A stretch of 64,000 bases of DNA from NCBI GenBank assembly GCA_001787755.1, contig MFYJ01000001.1, positions 946 through 64,945 of the forward strand. The letters are read 5' to 3'. This stretch comes from Candidatus Peribacteria bacterium RIFOXYB1_FULL_54_35 (GTDB taxonomy: Bacteria; Patescibacteriota; Gracilibacteria; Peribacterales; Peribacteraceae). Position numbers and translations under genes: made by a program. Shown in pieces: positions 48,179-56,662 of this stretch; position 1 is the first letter of the stretch, and each line of letters starts with the position of its first letter. The notes under the pieces are model-generated. The model was not told the origin of the DNA, ran no database searches, and was given only the letters and a program-made list of their open reading frames with translations.

Positions 48179-49891
48179 CTACCTCCTCAGGAGCTCCAGC
48201 GCCCGGCTCATCTGTTCGTCGCGTTCCGCTTCAGCGACCTCAATGTCCGGCTGGATGCCAATGCCGTCGATCTTGCGGCCGCCCGGCGTATACCACTCGG
48301 CAATGGTGAGCTTGAACGAGGACTGATCATTGAACTGCAGCACCTGCTGCACCGTCCCCTTCCCAAAGCTCTTCTCGCCCACAACCGTCGCACGCTTGTG
48401 ATCCTGGAGCGCACCGGCAACAATTTCAGACGCACTTGCGCTCCCCCCGTTGATGAGCACAATCATGGGAACCGATGCACTGAGTACCGGATCAGTCTCT
48501 GTCTTCTCCTCTCTTGTGCTGTTGCGCTGCCGTATGCCCGCCACCACACTCCCCTTCGGCACCAAATTGCCCATAACGCTGGTTGCCGCACCGAGCAGTC
48601 CGCCGGGGTTGCCCCGCAGATCCAGAATGAATCCCTTCGGATTCTTTGCATCAATATTCTCTATCTGCTCCCGCAGACCTTCCTGTGTGATCTTGCCAAA
48701 CTGCAGGATTTTTACGATTGCCACCTCTCCCTGCCAGGTGATTTCCACTTCCGGCACCGTAATGAGGGCTCTGGTCACCTCCACTTCAAACTCCAGGCCG
48801 TCACGCCGGATCATAAGCTTCGCCTTCGAACCATCCGGCCCCCGCACATGTTCCACTGCCTCCAGGAAACCAATGTCCACAATGTTGAATCCGTCAACGG
48901 AAAGAACGATATCCCCGGGCTTCAGGCCTGCTTCCTCTGCCGGTGATCCGCGCAGCGGAGACACAATGGTCAGATACCCATCTTTATATTCCACCTGCGC
49001 ACCTATGCCAGAGAGCCTTCCCTGAATCTGTGACTGGAAGCTCCGGGACTGCACAGGACGCATAAAGGTGCTGTATGGGTCGTTCAGACTCTTCATGATT
49101 GCCTCCGCAGCACTGTACGCCGCTTCATCCTGATTAATTTTGTCCTCGTAGATGTACTCCTCATTCACAATCTGCCAGAGCGTCTCGAGAATTTCGGACT
49201 TCGGGAGAGGCCGGGTGGAGCGCGTGAAGGTTACTTTGATTGTGGGAGTCTGCATTGTTTCCGCATCACCACCTTCCTGTTCCGGCTCCTGATCTCCCCG
49301 CATCTTGCGGAGGAGAAGGTTCGCGTCTGCTCCGAGGAGCATCCTGTTCACCCCGAACATGTTCTCCCGCAGAGGTTCCATCCAATGCTTCTCCATTGCT
49401 ATGGCAACGGCCTTCTCGACTGCAGATCCTGCCCGGACATCCTTAAAAGACCCCTGAAGCTCCCCCTCCTGTGAAAGATCACCGAGTATCACAGCCACCT
49501 GGAGTGCCTCCCCCCGGCTCATCCCCTGGGCCAGAAGCAGATCGTCTCCGAAGATGCTGAGCGCCCCGTTCTCATGCGCAACACGGATGTACGGAAGCAG
49601 TGCGTTTGGAACACGCTGGTACGGAAGAGGTTCTTCACTGACATCCTCTGTATCAAGATCAAGCGCGCGCACTGCGGCACGAATGAAATCCCCCCGCGTC
49701 ACCACTGCGTTGTCCGCGACGCGAATGGGATCTTCAGACTGCGCCCCTGCAGAGAGAGGTGAAAATGAGAGAAGGACCGGTACGCAGAGTATCCAAAGCG
49801 ATATCCGCAGGCGTGCCTGCACACCGGAGTGCCGGTTGAGGCATGCTTGGGTCGGCGTTCCGGCACGCAGGCGTGAGCAAGTCTTTGACAT
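48179..49891 (-). CDS. S41 C-terminal processing protease (SLH-like + PDZ + S41)
   Basis: GIGAQV PDZ, LDLRGNPGG, SASASEIVAGAL, GKGTVQ. Likely start MSKT at 49891. Confidence 0.92.
   Translation of the reverse strand: MSKTCSRLRAGTPTQACLNRHSGVQARLRISLWILCVPVLLSFSPLSAGAQSEDPIRVADNAVVTRGDFIRAAVRALDLDTEDVSEEPLPYQRVPNALLPYIRVAHENGALSIFGDDLLLAQGMSRGEALQVAVILGDLSQEGELQGSFKDVRAGSAVEKAVAIAMEKHWMEPLRENMFGVNRMLLGADANLLLRKMRGDQEPEQEGGDAETMQTPTIKVTFTRSTRPLPKSEILETLWQIVNEEYIYEDKINQDEAAYSAAEAIMKSLNDPYSTFMRPVQSRSFQSQIQGRLSGIGAQVEYKDGYLTIVSPLRGSPAEEAGLKPGDIVLSVDGFNIVDIGFLEAVEHVRGPDGSKAKLMIRRDGLEFEVEVTRALITVPEVEITWQGEVAIVKILQFGKITQEGLREQIENIDAKNPKGFILDLRGNPGGLLGAATSVMGNLVPKGSVVAGIRQRNSTREEKTETDPVLSASVPMIVLINGGSASASEIVAGALQDHKRATVVGEKSFGKGTVQQVLQFNDQSSFKLTIAEWYTPGGRKIDGIGIQPDIEVAEAERDEQMSRALELLRR
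49806..49875. repeat. 60-bp palindromic in-frame insertion with 10-bp direct repeat
   Basis: cgcaggcgtg at 49806-49815 and 49866-49875; interior folds as a hairpin. Confidence 0.8.
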
Positions 49892-49937
49892 TGAAAAAGA
49901 AGGGGAGAAGCCTACGCATTGTACGTGAGCATTCCTC

Positions 49938-51620
49938 CTACGCAACTACCCGTGTCTGGACGAACGTGTCGGTGGTGACAAGGTGCCCGCGTTCCTTCAT
50001 GTTCTCCTTCTTATAGAAGAGTTCCGTGAGGAGCCAGAACCCTCCCACGACATAGAAGAGTGACGGGATCATGAGCAGCGGCACGAGATGCAGAAGCGAT
50101 CCTGGCGCAAGGCCGAAGAGATCGCCCAACGTAGACGGATGGGCAGGGAGGATGTCCGGGAAGGTGACGAGAAAATTGAAAAGACCATGGAGGATGATTG
50201 CGAACGTCAGCCCCAGCAAGAGCATCTCCCTGCGGAACACGAGTTTCTCCGGATACCCAAGCAGGCTATGGAAGCTCTCTGCAACCCAGAGAATCTTCCC
50301 CTTCCTGTGTGCATCCTGTATGTAGGGACCGGCAAAGAGAGCCAGACCGAAGAAGTACCCCAGTACGCCGGTAGAGACAATGTGCACCATGTTGGTGAGG
50401 ATGGCTCTCCCCATGACATTACCAAGGAATCCCCCCCAGTTGGGTTCGTGTGTGATGAGAAAGTCCTGCACGAACCCTGTGAAATACGTGGGATTCACAA
50501 TGTTCTCTGCAAAAGCAAATCCTATGGCAACAATAATAGAGAGCTGCATAACATCATCGATGCTTGAGAAGAATTTCTTGCCGCTCTGCTTCATCACCCA
50601 AAACTTACTCACTTCTTCCACCACTCCCACAAACAGGAACGAGAGAAGTGTGATGAGAAGCGTCGACCTCACGCTCGTCATACCAACAAGATTGCCGGAA
50701 ACGAATGCGCTGGATGTGCGGTTAAAGTTCTCCGGCACGATGCGGAAAAAGAAAAACTGCATCTCTGCTCCGGAACGCACCAGCTTGTCATAGAACAGAA
50801 TCGGCACCGTAGAGAGCATGCCGGCAAAGAACATGAGGAGAACAAGACTCGCCTGCTGGTAGTGGTACCTGAGGAAGAAACCACACCAGATGACAGCAGG
50901 GATGAGTGCAACCATCCCTGCCAGGATCCGTGCCATGCGTATGTCCGGAGAATCATTCGCAACGAGGAAGATGCCAATCCAGAAGAGGAATGTCCCCAGA
51001 ACCGTTGCCTTCACCCTGGCATTCCATGGCCCAAAGAGGCAACTCCAAGCAAGTGCGATGCAAAGCACAGACAATGCCATGAAGTACGGGTCGTGCACAG
51101 CATCGCCCTGGAAGAGCGACTGCTGAAAACCGATGAGCACAATGCCAATCGCCGTCCCGATCATGCCGGCAAACACGTACTCACGCGAGCGACGCCAGCG
51201 CTGTTCTGCAGCGAGTACGGCTCCTCCAAGCATCGCGAAAAGCACACCGAGCGCGAGTGCACCCGGGTGCCCCTCCCACAGAGGAAATACATGCCGCAAA
51301 CCTTTGAGAGCGAGAAGAAAAAGAACAAACGTCCCGATGAGCGTCCCTCCGATAACCTTGGGCGACGGAATGTACGGCTGCCGCTCCTCTATGGATCCTA
51401 TGGATTCCTCATGGATGAACGATACGTTCACAATGCCAATCCAGAGGCGGCTGAAGATGAGGCTCACCACCAGAAACCCAAGGAAGGAGACCCCTGTCGA
51501 AATGGCATTCCCCTTCTCAAGTACCTGGCTGGCTTCCTGTGCAAATGCGCAGACAGGCAAGAATGCCGTCAGAATGCCTGCGAGCAGTCCGGCCAAATGC
51601 TTTTGCGCGGATACAGCCAT
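49938..51620 (-). CDS. PrsW-family intramembrane metalloprotease with extra N-terminal TMs
   Basis: VVEEVSKF, GFAFAEN, H in NMVHIV, ILHGLFN. Confidence 0.88.
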   Translation of the reverse strand: MAVSAQKHLAGLLAGILTAFLPVCAFAQEASQVLEKGNAISTGVSFLGFLVVSLIFSRLWIGIVNVSFIHEESIGSIEERQPYIPSPKVIGGTLIGTFVLFLLALKGLRHVFPLWEGHPGALALGVLFAMLGGAVLAAEQRWRRSREYVFAGMIGTAIGIVLIGFQQSLFQGDAVHDPYFMALSVLCIALAWSCLFGPWNARVKATVLGTFLFWIGIFLVANDSPDIRMARILAGMVALIPAVIWCGFFLRYHYQQASLVLLMFFAGMLSTVPILFYDKLVRSGAEMQFFFFRIVPENFNRTSSAFVSGNLVGMTSVRSTLLITLLSFLFVGVVEEVSKFWVMKQSGKKFFSSIDDVMQLSIIVAIGFAFAENIVNPTYFTGFVQDFLITHEPNWGGFLGNVMGRAILTNMVHIVSTGVLGYFFGLALFAGPYIQDAHRKGKILWVAESFHSLLGYPEKLVFRREMLLLGLTFAIILHGLFNFLVTFPDILPAHPSTLGDLFGLAPGSLLHLVPLLMIPSLFYVVGGFWLLTELFYKKENMKERGHLVTTDTFVQTRVVA

Positions 51621-51727
51621 GGGAGTATGTCTGTTGTATTATTATAACATATTTTGACTTATATTTGAATATCTGCTTTTGTAGCATATAGCGCTCAGAA
51701 GCATTGGCTGCTACCGTAGGCCCACGT

Positions 51728-53137
51728 ATGCCAGCGGACTCCCTCGACCAGGTCGTTTCCCTCTGTAAACGCAGAGGCTTCATCTTCCCGGGATCAGAAA
51801 TCTACGGGGGACTCGCCAGTACATGGGACTACGGCCCCCTCGGCACAGAGCTCAAGAACCGCGTGAAGCGTGAATGGTGGAATGCATTCGTACGAGGCCG
51901 AGCAGATATCGTAGGACTCGACAGCGCCATTCTCATGAACCCGAAGGTCTGGGAAGCGAGCGGGCACGTCACTTCATTCAACGACCCCCTCGTGGACTGC
52001 AAGGGCTGTAAGGAACGCTTCCGGGGAGACAAGCTTCTGGAAGAGAAACTCGGAGTGGAAGCTGCAGCCATCTTAAAACTGGATCAGGTGAAATCCATGC
52101 TCGACGCCGAGGAGGTACACTGCCCCAACTGTGGCAAGCGGGACTGGACCGAAGCCAAGCAGTTCAACCTCATGTTCGAAACCCGGCAGGGTGCGGTGAA
52201 GGACGACACAAACAGACTCTTCCTGCGCCCGGAGACCGCCCAGGGCATCTTCGTGAATTTCCGCAATGTCGTGCAGACACAGCGCCTCCGTCTGCCCTTC
52301 GGCATCGGCCAGATCGGCAAAGCGTTCCGCAACGAAATCACCCCCGGCAACTTCACCTTCCGCACGCGTGAATTCGAACAGATGGAAATCGAGTATTTCG
52401 TGGAACCGAAGGATGCGGAGAGCGCGTTTGAGGAATGGCGCAAAGTCGTGTGGGAATGGTACCTGGATCTCGGGATAGCAGAGAAACGCCTCCGTGTGCG
52501 CGAGCATGGTGAGAAGGAGCTCTCGCACTACAGCTCCAAAACGGTGGATATTGAATACCAGTTCCCCTGGGGATGGGGCGAACTCTTCGGACTCGCCAAC
52601 CGCGGGGACTTCGATCTCACCCAGCACGAGAAATTCTCGGGTGAAGATCTGAAGTACACCGACCCGGATGACCCGGGAAAGAAACTCATTCCACACGTAA
52701 TAGAGCCAAGCTTCGGCTGTGACCGGACAGTGCTCACCTTCCTGCTCAACGCCTACACCGAGGAGGAGCTCCCCAACGGAGAAGTGCGCACAGTGATGAA
52801 ATTTGACAAACGTCTTGCGCCGGTCGATGTAGCCGTTCTCCCTCTCAGCAAGAAAGATACTCTGATAGAGAAAGCAAAAGAACTGCACAAGTCACTCCTC
52901 AGTGAAACGACCCTCGCCGTAGATTTTGATATCACCGGCTCCATCGGCAAGCGGTACCGCAGGCAGGATGAAATAGGAACACCACTCTGCATCACCATCG
53001 ACTTTGGCACCATTGGCGAAGACGCGAAGCAGGGGGAACAAGATACCGTCACCATCCGGTACCGAGACTCGCTGGAGCAGGACCGTGTGCCGCTCGGGAA
53101 AGTGCGCGAGAAGATCGCTGAGTATTGGAGATCTTGA
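51728..53137 (+). CDS. glyQS: glycine--tRNA ligase (alpha2 type)
   Basis: CKRRGF..GSEIYGG, LRPETAQG, FRNEITP, REFEQME, GSIGKRYRRQDEIGTP. Confidence 0.96.
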   Translation: MPADSLDQVVSLCKRRGFIFPGSEIYGGLASTWDYGPLGTELKNRVKREWWNAFVRGRADIVGLDSAILMNPKVWEASGHVTSFNDPLVDCKGCKERFRGDKLLEEKLGVEAAAILKLDQVKSMLDAEEVHCPNCGKRDWTEAKQFNLMFETRQGAVKDDTNRLFLRPETAQGIFVNFRNVVQTQRLRLPFGIGQIGKAFRNEITPGNFTFRTREFEQMEIEYFVEPKDAESAFEEWRKVVWEWYLDLGIAEKRLRVREHGEKELSHYSSKTVDIEYQFPWGWGELFGLANRGDFDLTQHEKFSGEDLKYTDPDDPGKKLIPHVIEPSFGCDRTVLTFLLNAYTEEELPNGEVRTVMKFDKRLAPVDVAVLPLSKKDTLIEKAKELHKSLLSETTLAVDFDITGSIGKRYRRQDEIGTPLCITIDFGTIGEDAKQGEQDTVTIRYRDSLEQDRVPLGKVREKIAEYWRS

Positions 53138-53231
53138 GAGGATGGGAGTAAAAGAATAAGAGGGATGAGGTTCCTGAATTCTTTTGGATTAAGATGCTTT
53201 CCTCATTCCTCTTACTCTCTTATTCTTTCCC
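53138..53231. repeat. 8-nt periodic purine/pyrimidine inverted repeat
   Basis: ggagtaaa agaataag agggatga ... cctcattc ctttactc tcttattc. Confidence 0.65.
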
Positions 53232-53262
53232 TGAAACAGTCCTTGCGCCAAGCGGCCACCCT

Positions 53263-53679
53263 CTACACAGCAACATCAAATTCTGTGCTGGCGGTGTCTG
53301 TGTTGTTCTTCCCTTCCTTCCGGAGCATGGAATGAAAATGGTTGAGCGACACATCACCAAACATGCTCTCGATCATCTGCCGAACGTCATCAATATCCCC
53401 ATAGACCTGCCGCATCTGCATGACGTGGTGGCGCAGCGCAGGACCGAGGAGCAACACCTCATTCTCCCCTATGGGTGGAGTGGCGGGTACACGGTCGAGA
53501 TCGCTGATGGAACGACCCATCTCAAATGCTCTCCGCAGCGCGGCCCGGGCCTCCCTCTGCTCGGCCCCCGGCAAACTGTCCACGTACCCGAAGAGATGCT
53601 CCAAATCCCCTTCCAAACCGGTAATTTTCCCCCTGATCTGCTGCATGCGCACGTCCTCTGATGAAGAGAAACTCACCAT
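53263..53679 (-). CDS. hypothetical protein
   Basis: 138-aa ORF, ATG at 53679. Confidence 0.6.
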   Translation of the reverse strand: MVSFSSSEDVRMQQIRGKITGLEGDLEHLFGYVDSLPGAEQREARAALRRAFEMGRSISDLDRVPATPPIGENEVLLLGPALRHHVMQMRQVYGDIDDVRQMIESMFGDVSLNHFHSMLRKEGKNNTDTASTEFDVAV

Positions 53680-53849
53680 GAATGGAGAGGGAAGGAGCGC
53701 GTATAGTACGCACCCGCAATGAGATGTCACTAGGCACACGGCACTTCTGTTGCGTGGTTAATTTATGTACAAAAAGTTTGCACAGCTTTTCCCAAATTTC
53801 CGTCTGAATCAAAGAACGGATTTTCCTTGCAGAAGCAGAAAGGGTTCAG

Positions 53850-54004
53850 TATAACTGCTCCACCACTTCCGGCCGATCGCTGCGGTCCTGATCCCGAACA
53901 CACGGGAAATCCTCCGCATCAAGGCGAATAGACGCCGGAAGGCAGCTAAGGATCGATATTCCATCGACAGTGCGCTGAGCCTCTACTCTCTTCCCTCCTG
54001 CCCC
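53850..54004 (+). promoter_or_regulatory. rpsB promoter and structured 5' leader (putative S2 autoregulatory leader)
   Basis: TATAAC -10-like box; pairings cttccggc/gccggaag, cccg-aacaca-cggg, tcgat/atcga. Confidence 0.5.
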
Positions 54005-54682
54005 ATGGCAATTCCAACCGAAAAGGAACTTATCGATGCCGCGTGCCATCTCGGACATCCCACGAGCAAATGGAACCCCCGTATGGCACCGTACCTCTAC
54101 GGGAGCCGTAAAGATATCCACATCTTCGATCTCGAACAGACGCGCAAGCACCTTGAAAAGGTATGTAACGCGCTCAAGAAGCTTCAGGCAGAAGGGAAAA
54201 CCATCCTCTTCGTCTCCACCAAACAGCAGAGCATCCCTATGATTGAAGATATGGGTGAGACTCTGCACCAGCCAACAGTGACGAAAAAATGGATCCCGGG
54301 CCTCCTCACAAACTGGAGCACCATCAAAAACCGCCTGAAGTACTACCTCGATCTCCAGGAGTCGTTCCGCACCGGTGAGGTGGAGAAGTACACAAAGAAA
54401 GAGCAGGTTTCCCTCAGGAAGAAACTCGCCAAGCTCGATGCGGCACTCTCCGGCGTCTCGACCATGAAACACACACCGGATGCCGTCTTCGTCATAGATG
54501 CAGTGCGTGACTCCGTGGCAATCGCCGAAGCACGGAAGCTGAGCATCCCCGTCTATGGAATTTGCGACAGTAATGCGAATCCTGCGGATTTCACCGAATT
54601 CATTCCAGCGAACGATGATGCTGTGAAATCTCTTCTCCTCATTCTCGGCACACTGAAGGAGACATTGACCTCAACAAAATAA
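54005..54682 (+). CDS. rpsB: 30S ribosomal protein S2
   Basis: HLGH..SKWNPRM, W.PGLLTN, ICDSN, PANDDA. Confidence 0.97.
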   Translation: MAIPTEKELIDAACHLGHPTSKWNPRMAPYLYGSRKDIHIFDLEQTRKHLEKVCNALKKLQAEGKTILFVSTKQQSIPMIEDMGETLHQPTVTKKWIPGLLTNWSTIKNRLKYYLDLQESFRTGEVEKYTKKEQVSLRKKLAKLDAALSGVSTMKHTPDAVFVIDAVRDSVAIAEARKLSIPVYGICDSNANPADFTEFIPANDDAVKSLLLILGTLKETLTSTK

Positions 54683-54702
54683 TTTCTTTCCCTCTTCTCA
54701 CC

Positions 54703-55479
54703 ATGTCTCACATTTCGACTTCTGCGATTTCCTCCCTCCGCAGCCGTACTGGCGTCTCCATTCTCGAATGCAAGAAAGCACTGGAAGATGCGGCGGGCGA
54801 TGAGGAGAAAGCCATAGAACTGCTCCGCAAGCGCGGGATAGCGCTGGCCGCCAAGAAGGCGGCGCGGGATCAGTCCGAAGGACTGATCTTCGGGAAAGAA
54901 AAAAGTGGCACCGCCGCACTTGTGTATGTGAAATGCGAGACGGACTTCGTGGCACGGGATGACAATTTCCTTGCGCTTGGAGAAGCATTGGTCAGCACAC
55001 TCCTGGCTGATGGCGAGGCAGCTGCGAAGAAGCTTGCGGAAACGAAAGTCCCGGAGGCAGTCCAGAAGCTCGGCGAGAACATTTCACTCGGTGCACTCCA
55101 CCGCATAGAAAGCTCCGTCCTCGGACGCTACGTGCACACGAATGGAAAGATTGGCGTGATCGTAGCACTCGAAGGAGGTACCGCGGAAATTGCCAAGGAC
55201 GTGGCCATGCATGCAGCAGCAATGAACCCGCGCTATGTCACACCGCAAGATGTTCCGGCAGGAGACATCGTGAAAGAGAAGGAGATCTGGAAAGAGCAGC
55301 TCTCTAAAGAAGGAAAACCAGAGGCGATACTGGAGAAAATAATGATCGGAAAAGAGAAGAAATTCCGTGAAGAGAACGCACTCACCACACAGGCATTCGT
55401 CAAAGACCCGGGAAAGACAGTCACCCAATATCTCAACGGTGCAACAATTTCCCGCTATGTCCGCATTGCCGTAGAGTAG
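54703..55479 (+). CDS. tsf: elongation factor Ts
   Basis: LRSRTGVSILECKKAL, CETDFVA, KLGENI. Confidence 0.97.
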   Translation: MSHISTSAISSLRSRTGVSILECKKALEDAAGDEEKAIELLRKRGIALAAKKAARDQSEGLIFGKEKSGTAALVYVKCETDFVARDDNFLALGEALVSTLLADGEAAAKKLAETKVPEAVQKLGENISLGALHRIESSVLGRYVHTNGKIGVIVALEGGTAEIAKDVAMHAAAMNPRYVTPQDVPAGDIVKEKEIWKEQLSKEGKPEAILEKIMIGKEKKFREENALTTQAFVKDPGKTVTQYLNGATISRYVRIAVE

Positions 55480-55580
55480 GACTTTCGATCTAGATGGAGA
55501 GCTGCATCCATCTTTGCAGACCTCTCTGCCCTGTGGGAACTCTTTACTTTAAAGAATGGTGCACTCTACCATTCCCCCTT

Positions 55581-55946
55581 GTGGCAGCCCACTCAATCCT
55601 CATCGCGGAGGACGACCCTCTCCTGCGGGATCTCTACAAGAAGAAATTTTCCCTTGCGGGCTACCGCATTCGGACTGCTGAGGATGGGGAAAAAACTATC
55701 GCCGCCATAGAAGAAGAATCCCCCGATTTGCTCGTGCTCGACATCAATATGCCAGTCATCGACGGATTCGGCGTTCTGGAGAAATATCCGTTGGAAGACC
55801 GGCCTTTCGAAGTCATATTTCTCACTAATTTCGGCGATGAGAAAAACAGAGAACGAGGGGAGAAGCTGGGAGTGCGACACTTCCTCGTAAAAAAGGACAT
55901 GACGATCAAAGCACTCGTCTCCCTGGTAGAAAAGATCCTGCGGTAG
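55581..55946 (+). CDS. single-domain response regulator
   Basis: ILIAEDD, LLVLDINMP..DG, LTN, K; GTG start at 55581. Confidence 0.9.
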   Translation: MAAHSILIAEDDPLLRDLYKKKFSLAGYRIRTAEDGEKTIAAIEEESPDLLVLDINMPVIDGFGVLEKYPLEDRPFEVIFLTNFGDEKNRERGEKLGVRHFLVKKDMTIKALVSLVEKILR

Positions 55947-56081
55947 AGAAAGGAATCCTACGGAAGCATATGCAGCTCAACGAAGCCATTTTTTGTTTCT
56001 AAAACTATAATTCCGGGCTTTGGCTTGCGCAGGATGCCGTATTTACCCAAACAGATATTTGTGCTATAATAATAGCAAGAA

Positions 56082-56468
56082 TTGGAAAAAGGATACATCC
56101 TTGTCGCTGAGGACGACCCTGTACTGCGGGAAGTCTACGTGAAGAAGTTCTCCATTGCGGGATACAAAATCCACACAGCGAATAACGGCGAAGAAACACT
56201 CACCGCCATAGAGCAGGAAACGCCAGATCTCCTCCTCTTGGACATCAACATGCCTGTCATGGATGGATTTTCCGTACTGGAGAAATTCCCCAAGGAAGAG
56301 CGAACGTTCCCCATCATTCTGCTCACAAACTTCGGCGACGACAAGAACAGAGCCCGCGGAGAGGAGCTGGGGGCAGACGATTACTTCATCAAGAGCCAAA
56401 TGACCATGCGCAAGCTCCTCGAAATGGTGGATGATCTCATGAAAGCGAGACGGTACTGGAATAAGTGA
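56082..56468 (+). CDS. single-domain response regulator (tandem paralog)
   Basis: ILVAEDD, LLLLDINMP..DG, LTN, K. Confidence 0.9.
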   Translation: MEKGYILVAEDDPVLREVYVKKFSIAGYKIHTANNGEETLTAIEQETPDLLLLDINMPVMDGFSVLEKFPKEERTFPIILLTNFGDDKNRARGEELGADDYFIKSQMTMRKLLEMVDDLMKARRYWNK

Positions 56469-56469
56469 G

Positions 56470-56630
56470 CAGTAGATAGCTTCGGCAGCTTAGTAGCTTC
56501 TCTAGCTCGTTAGGTTTATAGCTGCATTAGCTTCATTAGGGATTTGGACTTTGGATTTGCGATTTTGGGACTCACTAACAGTGCTAATGAAGCTAAAGAA
56601 GCTAATAAAGCTGAAAGCTGCCAGCTATCT
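56470..56630. repeat. 8-9-nt periodic (tagct-based) long inverted repeat
   Basis: agatagct...tagcttcattag ... ctaatgaagcta...agctatct. Confidence 0.75.
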
Positions 56631-56662
56631 CTGGCGCATTTTTCATGATAGAATGGTAAGAT

